From Octopus sinensis (taxonomy: Eukaryota), in assembly GCF_006345805.1 (NCBI RefSeq), contig NC_043011.1, forward strand, positions 39,692,464 to 39,756,463: DNA of 64,000 bases, written 5' to 3'. Below, piece by piece: positions 28,175 through 41,330 of this stretch; position 1 is the stretch's first letter; every line of letters begins with the position of its first letter. The translations under genes were made by a program, and so were the position numbers. Below the pieces are notes generated by a model that saw only the letters and a list, made by a program, of their open reading frames with translations, searched no databases and was not told where the DNA came from.

Positions 28175-28850
28175 TTGAGAGAGCAGCATATGCCATCAAA
28201 GTGACACTGGGGTAACAGATATACGAAGCCCAATATACCCATCATGACTAAAAAATTAAAAGGTAAAGAATAATCATCGGATTTCACCTAGAAAGTTACC
28301 CTCTGAGGCACAAGGTTGTTTATATAAGACCAGCAGTCACCCATGCATACCAGCCTCCCCTCTCCATGCCACCGATGTTATCCAAGGGAAAGGCAGGGGC
28401 AGATACTGCTTAACACCAGTGACATCACAACTCAGCTGAGTGACCTGGAGCAACATGAAATAAAGTGTCTTGCTCAAGAACACGGCACACAGTCCAGTTT
28501 GGGAACTGAACTCACTACCACATGATTGTGAGCCTGATGCTCTAACCAGTGCATCATGTACCATCATGACTACCCATCTGATAAAGGCACATCAGGCACA
28601 TGCATCACAACCATATGTGCATGACAGGGTGATTTCATACCAAGATAAAAAGCACATGACTTTGCAGGTGAGGCCCAGTTAGAATTTTTTTTCAGGTTGA
28701 GTAGCCCATCACTCTCAAAAGGTCCCTGAATAAGGGTTGTTGGAGGATGATGAACAAAATACCCATGTTTCTAGAGGTGAATTATCCAAACTCCAAAGAA
28801 CTCCTCTGAAGACATGGCTATGATGTTCCTCCTTTATTCCTGCTCGTTAC
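28175..28850. mobile_element. Interspersed repeat (copies at ~29070-29257 and reversed at ~41940-42290) split by a SINE-D insertion
   Basis: The 12-bp duplication ccatcatgacta at 28239-28250 and 28561-28572 brackets the SINE; the host sequence resumes exactly afterwards. Confidence 0.85.
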
Positions 28851-29329
28851 TACTACTACTACTACTACTACTACTATTATTATTTATATAAAGGCAGTGG
28901 GCTGGCAGAATTGTTAGCATGCTGGACGAAATGCTTAGTGGTATTTTGCCCGTTGCTACATTCTGAGTTCAAATTCCACAAAAGTCGACATTGCCTTTCA
29001 TCCTTTCGGGGTCAATAAATTAAGTACCAGTGTGCCTTTAGTAAAAAGGATTATTATTATTATTATTATTGAGTGAGAGAGCAGTTCATGCCATCAAAGT
29101 GACACTGGGGTAAAATATACGAAGCCCAATATACCCATCATGACTACCCGTCTGATAAGGGTACACCAGGCACATGCATCACAACCATATGTGCGCGACA
29201 TGGTGATCTCATATGAAGATAAACAGAACATGACCTTGCAGGTGGGGCCCAGTTAGAATTTTATTATTATTATTATTATTATTATTAACATTATTATTAT
29301 TATTAACATTATTATTATTATCATTTTTA

Positions 29330-29366
<37 letters not shown>

Positions 29367-30687
29367 CATGCAAATTGGTAGAATGTTAGAGTGCTGTACA
29401 AAATGACTCACAGTATTTAAATTCCAATTGCAAGTCAGGGACAACTCTATTTTTCATCTTTTTTGTGGGTTGATAAAATAAAGTGCCATTCGAGTCGTGG
29501 GGTTGATGGCATTGACTAACCCCCTTATCTCAAAAGAGCTGGTTTTGTGAGTGAAGGCAATTAATGGAAACCATACAACAGCCCATTGTATGTGCTTGTG
29601 TGTAGTGTGTGTATGAGTGTGTGAAAGTGTGTATGTGTGTGAACACGTGTTTGTATATATAACTGTGTGTGCATATACATGGGTGAGCATGTGTGTATGT
29701 GTGCTTATCTGTAAATGCATGCTTGCATTTATACCACTTGAGCAGTTGTGATGCTTGTTTGTGATCTGCATAAATAATGTGTCCAGCAGCTCAATGATTT
29801 GATGAGCAAAGACCAGCAGAATATATTACCTTCTTGAAAGTAGGTAAGGGCTGGCATTAGAAAGGGTATCCAGTGGTGGAAGAGAACATGATGAAAAGGT
29901 TTAAACTTAAACCATCATAATAATTTTTTAACATCTGCTCTCCATGGGTTGGATAGTTTTGACAGGAGCTGGTCAACCGGAGAGCTGTCCAGGCACCATT
30001 TATCTGTTTTGACATGGTTTTCACAGCTGGATGCCCTTCCTATTGCCAACCACTTTACAGAGTGCAATGGGTGCTTTTACATGGTATTAGCATAGGTGCT
30101 TTCATGTAACACTGGAACGGTTGGTTTTACATGGCACCGGCTTAAAAAACAAAGCAAAAGAAACGTCGTCTCATAGAATCAGAAGCAGAGATGGTTTGAG
30201 TTAAGATTAAAAGCTAAGTGAAAAAAAGCATCAATACAAGTATTGCTTGATTCCTATTAAACTTCTAGTTAGTATTTTTTTTTATCCTTTTCATTTTTTA
30301 GTTCATGTTTGAAACTTCTAATTTATTTATTTTGAAAGTGGCTTATCTTTTGAGGGGTATAAAGCAGACTTAAAAGACAAAGTGTATATTAAAGACATAT
30401 ACACAATAATATTTCTCTATCGGAAAATTACATTTTACTCAGGTGTGATTGCTAGAAGTTTTAAAGGATAGAAGCAAATGGAAGCTGTGATGTTGAAGCC
30501 TTTCCAAAACATATATATCATCAGTATTATTACTTGAGCGAAAATGGGTCACAAGCAGGTCACAAAGCGAAAGAAGATCATCACATCAAAGCTTCCTACA
30601 AATTTGTGACGCTTACCGAAAAAGTGGTAAAAAAAAGAACTCGTCTATTTTTGAAAATAAATGTGAAAATAGCAGATGTGAAATTAC

Positions 30688-30816
30688 TTGTAGTGTTGGC
30701 TTTCTGTCTATCATGTCAGCCGTGTGTCCAGAGGCAACACTGGTGTTTTCTCCGTATGACTCGCTGTGGTCAATAATCATATCTGTATCAGAATCAGACT
30801 CCCGTTTATGAAGACC
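30688..30816 (-). CDS. SLC9A6/7/9-like: NHE exon E (129 nt, phase 0-0): GLHKRESDSDTDMIIDHSESYGENTSVASGHTADMIDRKPTLQ
   Basis: tttctgatgtcattttgcag|GGTCTT...CTACAA|gtaatt. The acidic ESDSDTDMII...YGE segment parallels NHE6 DDDSDLIL...YGD (recalled). Confidence 0.92.
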
Positions 30817-30919
30817 CTGCAAAATGACATCAGAAAGAAAACTTAGTTTTAGCATCATTCATTCATTCATGCATACATACAAACAAACAAACAAACAAAA
30901 AATTTGTTAGAAAATGCTG

Positions 30920-31650
30920 ACCTCTTTAGCATTCAGGTTATTCTGTCAAATGTAATGCTTATTTATACACATTATTTTAACCCTTTCGTTACTGTATTTA
31001 TTTTCGGATGCCCGTGTTTCTTTCATTTATTTTAGATATAACAAAGAATTTAGTAAAATAACATAGTTGTCATTAAGCTTGTGTTAGGAACATAAATTGT
31101 GACTAAGATTTGGAGGGAGGATTTTAATTCAAAACTTATGAAAACAAGGCATTTATACTACAGAGCCAGAGGCAGTTTCAGCCGGGTTGGTTTCGAAAGG
31201 GTTAAGAATTGTTTTGATATAATATATTTTAAGAACTGTCTCTCTATTAAATATTTTAACCCTTTCATTACAATATTTATTTTGAGATGTTCTGTGTTTC
31301 TTTCAATTAATTTTAAATATAATAAAGAATTTAGTAAAATAACTTAGGTATCATTCAGCTAGTGTTAGGAACATAAATTGTGACTAAGGTTTGATGGAAG
31401 ATTTTAATTCAAAATTTATGAAAACAAAACATTTGTACTACATTGCCAGAGGCGGTTTCAGCCGGGTTGGTAATGAAAGGGTTAAACTAATCATTTATCA
31501 TTTAGTAGCTTTGAGATTTTAATGAAATGGTTTATACTTTTGGAATAACATTGTAGGGTAGGTGTGAGAGGCTAGATTTGGACAGTCTGATCATAAAAGA
31601 AGGTGGAATATTTGGGCCGGATATGGCCAGTTTAAGTACTAAAGAATAAA
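30920..31650. mobile_element. Nested MITE stack: host TTAA-MITE carrying two copies of the 230-bp MITE
   Basis: The host is similar to 4315-4542 on both sides. Inserts 30977-31205 and 31256-31485 are each bounded by TTAA. Confidence 0.82.
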
Positions 31651-32373
31651 ATGACAATGTGGAAAGACTAGGTTTTCAGGAAAAAGAAAGCAACAGCTAA
31701 GATGTTGTAAGTAGAACAGTAAAAATATGCAATACTTGACAATACTAAACAGTCTTATCTATGTTAGCTCTGTTCATTAGCCAACCACTATACAGAATGG
31801 AAATTTTGAACTTTTAGCTTCAATGTCTTTGGCACTGTCAACTTCACTCTTTGAGGATTTCCTCTTTTCCTTTTTCTAACTTAGATTAGACTTGATTGAA
31901 CAGACCTATGATTAAAGATGTTCCAATCATGACCACTTTTCAGAGATATTATATATCTAAGACTACATTATTCAGCCAATGTAACCTTTCTTGATGAAGA
32001 TGCTGGGGTGTGAACTGATGGATATTCGGCTGCTTTCTTCAGCAGATCAGATGAGCAACTGCATAGAAGTTTCTTACATCTCTGGTTATTATCATTTAAA
32101 ACAATTATCTCAATTGACATCATCACCAATCACCTTTTAAGGTGCATTTCCATGCTGGCATGGGTTGGATGGTTCAACAGGAACCAGCAAGTTAGTGGAC
32201 TGCACCAAACTCCAATGTCTACTCTGACATAGCATCTATGGCTGGAAACCCTATTTCTTTCTTTTTTTTTTTTTCTTTATAATTGGAATTAGTTTAAATA
32301 AATGAAGAATAAATAAATAAGAAAAACAAGTAAGAGAGGAACCTGTAGGAAGAAAAATAAAAAGAATACTTAC

Positions 32374-32482
32374 TTCAGATAACTGTTCATTTGTAGTTAA
32401 AAGTTTCGCTATGGGTAAGCACCAGGTTGGTAGAGTTTCTGTGAGCAGGGGGCGACTGTTAGTCAAGAATGGCTTCATGTAT
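32374..32482 (-). CDS. SLC9A6/7/9-like: NHE exon D (109 nt): YMKPFLTNSRPLLTETLPTWCLPIAKLLTTNEQLSE
   Basis: ttttttccatttcag|ATACATGAAG...TCTGAA|gtaagt. Homologous to NHE6 [31 protein letters not shown] (recalled). Phase 2 in (AA+A = K), phase 0 out. Part of track ORF 32251..32478. Confidence 0.95.
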
Positions 32483-33907
32483 CTGAAATGGAAAAAAAAA
32501 CAAAATAGTTTCAGAATTCTCTTTTAACACATCTTTTTGGGGTTTTTTTTAACAGTTTCTTTTAATTATTTTTGTCATTGAATTTTCAAGCATCAGATAT
32601 AAGTTATTCTTGTGTATAAAACACTACATTAGAACACAAATACAGAAACATCAAGAAATATGTAAATAAATCTTTATTAACAATTTATCTAAAAAAAAAA
32701 TTCAACCAAATAATAACTAATATGTGACTTCATCTATAAACAATAGATCATAAGCTACCATTTATAGCTTAATTTGCTATAAGCAGTTATCAAACATTCT
32801 AAAATGTGGCAAGCTGGCAGAAACATTAGCACACCGGGCGAAATGCTTAGCGTTATTTTGTCTATTTTTACATTCTGAGTTCAAATTCTGCCGAGGTCAA
32901 CTTTGCCTTTCATCCTTTCGGGGCCAGTAAATTAAGTACCATTTGTGTACTGGGGTTCATCTAATTGACTGGCCCTCTCCCCCAAAATTTTGGGCCTTGT
33001 GCCTAGTGTAGAAAAAAATATTTACATTCTAAATGCAAACAAACCTTCTTGCTGCTAAGATTAAAACATTTAGTTTAATGGAAGAAAGACAGAGGGTTGT
33101 TTTAGTGTAATTGGTAGCACATCTGTCTGGGTTACAAAAGATGTCTAGATCAAGTGCCACAAGCAGCTTTCCATCCATTTTATTTTCTCTAAGGGGTTTT
33201 TAAATCAATATATTTAAGTCATTATTTATATCACAACTATTTTCCCCAAACTTCAGATTCCTTTTTGCATTATGCAAAGTCTTACTTTGATAAGGTTTTT
33301 TCTTCACATTGTATTGAATTAATCATCCATTATCTTGTTGCTTTGAAATTCTGATGATGATGTTGTATATTTTTAGAATGGCACCGAAGAGTAGATGTGA
33401 CAGGCTTTATCTGGCTTGTTTGAATATAAAACAGGTAGAATATTTTGGCCAGATTTGGCTGGTTTAAATGCTAAAGAGTTAATATCATCACCATTCATAC
33501 CAATCATTGACTTAGCAGAATTTGGCCTCAGAACGTAAAGACAGATGAAATGTCACAAAGCATCTTGCCCAGTGTGCTAAAAATTCTGCCAGCTCACCAC
33601 TTGAACCAATTAAAATATTGACCGTTTAAATATTGATTGTTTTTATATACTGACTGTTTAAAATATTGGCTTGAAAAGAGCGCGTGTGTGTATCTTTCTG
33701 CCTATGCTCTAAATAAATAGTATCACATGTCTTTGGTTAGCCAGGAACTTTAATAGAAGACACTCACACAAAGTTCCACACAGTGGAACCGAACCCAAGA
33801 CCACATCGTCGAAAAGCTAGCTTTTTAAGCTTAGGAGAACAATAACAATGGAAGACAAACAGACAGACGTAAATACAATGTATATTTGAAAGGAATCAGT
33901 AACTCAC

Positions 33908-33990
33908 TTGGTATCAAAGTTGTACCAATGAAGCACCAACCAAGCTTTCTCTCCTGAAGGTGGCTGCTCACTTGGCACTGAACCAGGACT
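33908..33990 (-). CDS. SLC9A6/7/9-like: NHE exon C (83 nt): SPGSVPSEQPPSGEKAWLVLHWYNFDT(K)
   Basis: actattttttag|AGTCCT...GATACCAA|gtgagt. EKAWL..WYNFD matches the NHE6 ESAWLFRMWYNFD motif (recalled). Phase 0 in, phase 2 out. Confidence 0.95.
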
Positions 33991-34532
33991 CTAAAAAATA
34001 GTAATTAAATTAATTAATTTAATTATTAGCGCAGTAATTCTCAAATGTTGTAGAAAATATAGAATATAAACACACACACACACACACATATATATATATG
34101 TAAGTCTTATTTGATATTTATGGTAGAATATACACACAGGCATCTTCATGAAAGAGAGAAAGAGAGAGGAGACAGACAGGCATTGTGGACTAATACAATT
34201 ATGAGATCAGAATCTTCCATATATATGTTGTACATATAGACACACACACACACACACACATACATACATACACACACAAATGTGTGTGTGTCTGTGTGCG
34301 GGTGTATATATGTACACATACACTTGTGTGTGAGTGCAAGTGTTTATCTTGAATGACATATCTAAACAGACAAACATAAATCAGATAAAAATGGTGATGA
34401 GCCTTTTGCACTTTCATCTCTATTTGAAGGTGAGTATGACTGTTCCCTTGTCTAGCAGGGGAGTAACAGATGTAAAGGTCATATTACAATTGGAAGCTAT
34501 CATTCTTTGGACTCAGAATGTATACATACTTA

Positions 34533-34580
<48 letters not shown>

Positions 34581-34583
<3 letters not shown>

Positions 34584-34811
34584 AAATTAAAAAAAGAAAA
34601 TACACATACTTACATGGTTATAATATAATTTTTAATGTATTGACCGGTTTTGCAATCGCTATTCATGATATAATGTTTAATTTATATGAATATATATTTT
34701 TTCTTAAGCAGAAATTTGGTCCATGTTGTTTGTAATGAAATCCACTTGTTGATACATTAAAAATTATATTATAACCATGTAAGTGTGCGTATTTTCCTTT
34801 TTTAATTTCTT
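34581..34811. mobile_element. ~230-bp MITE with ~63-bp terminal inverted repeats, inserted in TA repeats
   Basis: aagaaattaaaaaaagaaaatacacatacttacatggttataatataatttttaatgtat is mirrored at ~34750-34811 with few mismatches. Confidence 0.85.
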
Positions 34812-35037
34812 ATATACATTACAATCCACCACGTAGGGACAACCGAAATTCCTCTTTTCTGTTATCATCATCATCATCATCATCAATTAACGTCCGCTTT
34901 CCATGCTAGCATGGGTTGGACGGTTCAACTGGGGTCTGGGGAGCCCGAAAGCTGCACCAGTCCAGTCAGATCTGGCAGTGTTTCTACAGCTGGATGCCCT
35001 TCCTAACGCCAACCACTCCGAGAGTGTAGTGGGTGAT

Positions 35038-35340
35038 TTTATGTGCCACCGACACAGGTGCCAGACGAGGCTGGCAAACGGCCACGCTCGGATGGTGTTT
35101 TTTATGTGCCACCGACACAGGTGCCAGACGAGGCTGGCAGACGGCCACGCTCGGATGGTGTTTTTTATGTGCCACCGACACAGGTGCCAGACGAGGCTGG
35201 CAGACGCCACGCTCGGATGGTGTTTTTTATGTGCCACCGACACAGGTGCCAGACGAGGCTGGCAGACGGCCACGCTCGGATGGTGTTTTTATGAGGCTGG
35301 CAAACGGCCACGATCGGATGGTGCTTGTTACGTGCCCACA
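35038..35340. repeat. ~63-bp tandem repeat (4 copies plus a partial) inside a family-C element
   Basis: The atgtgccaccgacacaggtgccagacgaggctggcag... unit starts at 35041, 35104, 35167 and 35229; a deleted fifth unit starts at 35291. Confidence 0.95.
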
Positions 35341-37023
35341 GCACGGAGGCCAGTCGATGCGGTACTGGCTACGGCCACGTTCGGATGGTTTTCTTGTGTG
35401 CCACAATATTAATAAATATATTCCAGTATTTTTTATTCTATTCTATAGCAGAGATGCAGAATGTCCAATGCTGACCTGTATAAAGTCCATAGTGTGTATT
35501 TTATATATGAACATCATTTTTTCACTTAGGAATAGCAATACTAATATTCATTTGCTAGTACTTAGTATACATATTATACTTGTACTTGTACTTGTGGGAT
35601 TGTTGGGGACCACTTGTGAAATCCACATATTCCCACGAAACTTCTTCCATGAATTCTCAATGGCAAATACAATACATATTACGCTCAAGAGTAAAGTGTT
35701 AGGCAAGTACAGGGCATAATATTAATTATTGAATAACAAGGGAAGAGGAGCCACTTCATTTTAATGGCTTTTGAGGAAGCTATAGGATGTTGCACAAGCA
35801 CTTAGCTAGGAATATGCTGATTTTATAGCAGGAACAGCTGACAGCTGTAAGCTAATGAAGGTTACTGCATAATTCCTGTGTCTGGTCATTCATTCATTTA
35901 TATTATAAACACACACACACACACACACACATACATAATATATATATCCACACTATGAATTCATATTCATACCAATAATAATTGGAACACTAGGTTTTGT
36001 TAGTAAATGCTTAAAGGAGAATCTGGGTAAACAGATTTTCAGAAAGAGAAATTGACTGGCTAATTCATGCATTACAAGTACAATCTGTGAGTGGAACAGT
36101 AAAAATATGCAAGACTTTTCTCAAGTTCCAAATGTGAGTTTGTCTGCGTTAATTACATCCCAAAGATGGAGCCATGTATCCCTGTTGGAAACCGGCTCCC
36201 TCCTCAGTGGAAGATGTATAATAATTCAGAAATAGAAGAGACATACATACATGTGTCTGTGTAGTATGTATATATGCAAAAACAGAGACATATGGTGTTG
36301 ATATAAAAATAATGATAACAGAGAAGTATATGTAAATTTATACATACGATAAGTGCCATAAGTAAAAGATTAACAGAGACACATGTCCCCCCCCCCACAC
36401 ACACACACATTAGATGTCACATGCTGTCAGTATATAAGAAAATATTGGGGACACATTTTTACAATCTTATAAAGTATATCCCATGCACATGTATGTGTGT
36501 TTAAATCTGTCTAAATCAATAGCAAGTAACCGTAAATTTCATATCAGAAACTCTTTCAATATTTGAAAAGCTAAACTAAGATGGCGGTCTTAAAATAAAA
36601 ATCGGTTTTCATATTTTCTGATTAAATGTTCAGAAACTTTATCTCTTTCAGCCACTTGAAAAACCACAATAAAAGTGAAAATATAGAATTACTAAAAATA
36701 ATAAATAAAACTGCTTCATGTTTCAGGCTTAAAATATTTTAATAATTAACATTTTTTTAGTCCTCACGACTAAAAGCATCAGATTTAGCAGAGCCTGGAG
36801 TGGTTGAAGTATTGCTAATGTTAATATAACGAGGGAGTTAAAGGATGCAAGATTTAGCCCACCAGGCAAAATGCTCAATGGCATTTCATCCGTCTTTATT
36901 TTCTAAGTTCAAATATAGCCAAGGTTGACTTTGTCTTTCATCCTTTCAGGATCAGTAAACTAAATACTAGAGGTCTATATAGCTGACTTACTCCTTGCAC
37001 CAGAATTGCAGGCCTTGTGATAT

Positions 37024-37152
37024 ATATATATAAATTTTTTTACGTAATGAGATAAAAAAACCAAGGCTGTGTAGATTTTAGAACATTTATAAATATTCTA
37101 AAATCTACACAGCTTTGGTTTTTATCTAATTACGAAAAAGTTTTTTATATAC
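37024..37152. repeat. ~125-bp near-perfect loopless palindrome
   Basis: ccaaggctgtgtagattttagaacattta|taaatattctaaaatctacacagctttgg, centred at 37089/37090. Confidence 0.92.
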
Positions 37153-38536
37153 ACACGCTGATATATGACCTAAATTGGACCCCTTATTCGCATAATCACA
37201 GAACCTGGAACTTAACTATGGTCTATCCATAGCACTTATTCAGCATTACCTGACACCTCTGGGCCTCACTGACCCCATTACCTTTCACATCCTATATATA
37301 TATATACATCCTATTATAAATTTGAGTGATGTTTCTCTGTCCGTTACATTTTTATGTTTGTTAACTCCTCCCAGACCATTGGTGCAAGGACAACAAAACT
37401 CAAACCAGCAACTCCCCCTAATCCCAGAGAATGTCCTAAGGAGGTATATTTTTTTATAAGGGCTGCCTAATTGGGGCCCCACTGACACCCCCTATTTTTA
37501 CTGCATTTTAAACTAAATACATGGCATTGGCAACCAATCGGAGCAATGATAATGAATTTCATACCATGAACTCCCAGGGAGCATCATAAGGAGGATCAAT
37601 TTCTGAAGGGCCACTTAGATGGGGCCCCATTGACACCCGCCACCTAGTTTTACTGCATTTACCTCGCTCCTATGCTTATTGGTTAAACTATGATGAGCAG
37701 TCAGTGCTTAGCACATTCGCAGAAATAAGTTTGGGCATTCTAAATACCTTCACGTACATTCAAATCGAGATAAAGATTTATAACAGGTACGTTTCAAGTG
37801 TGCTAGTGTGAATATTTATATTTTGTAGTTTATTAAAATTATGTCTTGTATATATATGCAAAATAAAGTTCAACTAGTTGCAAGGGGAAATAATTCTTCA
37901 CAGCTCTTAGGTCTAAATTTGAAAATGGTCCTCCGTTATGAGATGACCAAAAAGACAAATAAGAGAGGACATATGCTTAGTTGGTGGAGTTATACCAATG
38001 CAATTAGGGGCATGTAAGGTGTGACCCCATCAAGGTAGGATGCAGAGGGTTTGCAGGATTGTTCCTTGGCAGAGCTTACTACAAGCTTGGTACCATAGGG
38101 GCCAGTAGGTAGAAGGCCATCATTTTGGCTGTGAAGGCAGCAGAGTTTGCCTCAAGGTGGCTGTGGATCACAAAGTTTGGGCCCTAGAAAGGGCAACACT
38201 ACCAGGTGCAGTGTTAACTGGACACAGGCTGGGGTCGCCTAGGTGAGGGTGTCTGATGCCAAAAACCTGAAACACCTAATAACTGCAGAAACATGACTGA
38301 TAATATCTCCACATGCATCACATAATGATGTATGGAGAAAGTTTGTTCATGCATTCTCATCTTATTAACATACATGCGTGCACACACACCACACACACAT
38401 ATAAACACACATAGACATTAATTAAAGATTAATCGATTTTAATTTTAGGCAAATTTCAATGCAATTTATAATTAATTTGCAAAGTAGTAATGGCAAATGT
38501 ATCAGAAAATATTATCAGAAAACTGAAAGCAAAACG

Positions 38537-38578
<42 letters not shown>

Positions 38579-39079
38579 TAATAACAACAAATTCATTATT
38601 TAAATAAAAGTGAAATGTACATGCAATCAAGCAGTTTACATATGCAACCAACAGCAAATAATCTGAAACAAATTATTTAAATATCAAAAAATATAGAAAT
38701 GACAGGACATCAAATGCATTTTTAGATAAACGAAATCAAATAAATTAAAAACTAAACTGAAAAAAAGAAATTACATTTACAGAGTCAGCCTTGATTGGAT
38801 TTGAACTCACAAGGCACACTTATGAAACTAAACAATGTAAATTATTTACTCCAGTCTAACGTTTTGCTGATGAGTCAACTGACCATCCCACCACCACATT
38901 TTGCAACAAAACTATCAATATATGTGCATATGTACATGTATCACACTCACACACACACATATATTATTATTATTATTGTTATTATTATTATTATCATTAT
39001 TATTATTATATATTAAATAATAAAACAAAAGGTTTATACCTGGTAGCTTACTGGTAAAGCACAGTCACTTTCACAGTGT

Positions 39080-39094
39080 TTGTTATGTATCATG

Positions 39095-39126
<32 letters not shown>

Positions 39127-40147
39127 TATACATATATACATGTATATATATATATTACATACATATATATATACATAATATATATATTACATATAAATAT
39201 ATATACATACATATATATAATATATACATACATAATATATATATACATACATATCTATATATAATTACATATAATATATATACATACATCTATATATATA
39301 TCCTACATATATATATACATACATCTATATATATATACTACATATATATATACATACATATATATATATACATACATATATATATACATACATACATATA
39401 TACATACATATATATATATACATACATATATATTATATACATACATATATATATATAATATATACATACATAATATATATATACATACATTATATATATA
39501 TACATACATACATATATATATATATACATACATATATATATATATACATACATATATATATATATACATACATATATATATATATACATACATATATATA
39601 TATATATACATACATATATATATATATACATACATATATATATATATATACATACATTATATATATATACATACATATATATATATATACATACATATAT
39701 ATATATATACATACATATATATATATACATACATATATATATACATACATACATACATATATATATACATACATATATATATATATACATACATATATAT
39801 ATATATACATACATATATATATATATACATACATATATATATACATACATATATATATATACATACATATATATATACATATATATATATATATCATACA
39901 TATATATATATATACATACATATATATATTACATACATATATATATATACATACATACATATATATATACATACATACATATATATATACATACATACAT
40001 ATATTATACATACATATATATAATACATACATATATATACATACATACATACATACATATATAATACATACATACATACATATATATATACATACATACA
40101 TAATACATACATACATACATACATATATATATACATACATACATACA

Positions 40148-40183
<36 letters not shown>

Positions 40184-40730
40184 TACATGTATACATATAT
40201 ATATACACATATATACATACACACACACGCATACATATACATACTAATGAACTTATATAGTATTCAGTACTTGGGTGCATGTATATAATATATATAATAA
40301 ACTACTAGAAATTATTGTTAGAGTATCTGCAAAAGTGGACTCAAGAGCAGTGAGTTTCTACTGGCACTGGGTTGTGTTGGTGAAAAAAAATGAAGTCCAA
40401 TCAAATAGTCATATTTTGAGTTTGAATAATATATAATACAAAATGCATCTGGTATGCAAACATTTCATGAATGCATGCACGGTATGTATGTATGTATGCA
40501 TGCATGCATGTATTATGCATGCATGGTAAGAATGTATGTATGTATGTATTATGCATGCATGGTAAGTATGTATGTATGTATGTATGCATGCATGTTATGC
40601 ATGCACGGTATGTATGTTTGTATGTATGCATGCATGCAGGCATGTATTATGCATGAATGGTATGTATGTATGTATGTATGCATGTATGTATGTATGTATG
40701 TATGTATGTTATGCATGCACGGTATGTATG

Positions 40731-40761
<31 letters not shown>

Positions 40762-41330
40762 GTATGCATGCATGCATATATGTATTATGCATGCACGGTA
40801 AGTATGTATGTATGGTATGTATGTATGTATAGAAGGCGGTGAGCTGGCAGAAACGTTAGCACGCTGGGCGAAATGCGTAGCCATATTTCGTCTGTCGTTG
40901 CGTTCCGAGTTCTAATTCCGCCGAGGTCGACTTTGCCTTTCATCCTTTCGGGGTCGATAAATTAAGTACCAGTTATGCACTGGGGTCGATGTAATCGACT
41001 TAAACCCTTTGTCTGTCCCTGTTTGTCACCTCTGTCTTTAGCCCCTTGTGGGTAATAAAGAAATAGGTATGTATGTATGTATGTATGCATGCATGCATGC
41101 ATGTACGGTATGTATGTATGTTATGCATGCGCAGTAAGTATGTATGTATGTTATGCATGCACGGTATGTATGTTTGTATGTATGCATGCATGTACGGTAT
41201 GTATGTATGTTATGCATGCACGGTAAGTATGTATGTATCCATGTATGTATGTATGCATGCATGCATGTACGGTATGTATGTATGTATGCATGCATTCATG
41301 TATGTATTATGTATGCACAGTAAGTATGTA
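39080..41330. repeat. (TA)n/(TACA)n tract followed by a (TATG/CATG)n satellite
   Basis: Direct inspection; source of the YIYM/CMYV-type pseudo-ORFs. Confidence 0.97.
40835..41068 (+). mobile_element. tRNA-derived SINE family A, least-decayed copy, inserted in a CATG/TATG satellite
   Basis: Head ggcggtgagctggcagaaacgttagc...gagttctaattcc with A/B-box-like spacing. Related copies at ~3498-3711(-), 9468-9695(-), 9750-9963(-), 12731-12945(-), 12961-13160(-), 14520-14700(-), 14725-14935(-), 27716-27934(+), 28893-29050(+), 32806-33017(+), 36835-37020(+), 61240-61445(+), 61620-61847(-). Confidence 0.9.

Noticed and set aside
34887-35719. Overlapping 128-228-aa ORFs with repeated motifs; superficially CRISPR-like periodicity
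   Set aside because: A 63-bp head-to-tail tandem repeat with no unique spacers, inside a retroposon in a eukaryotic intron.
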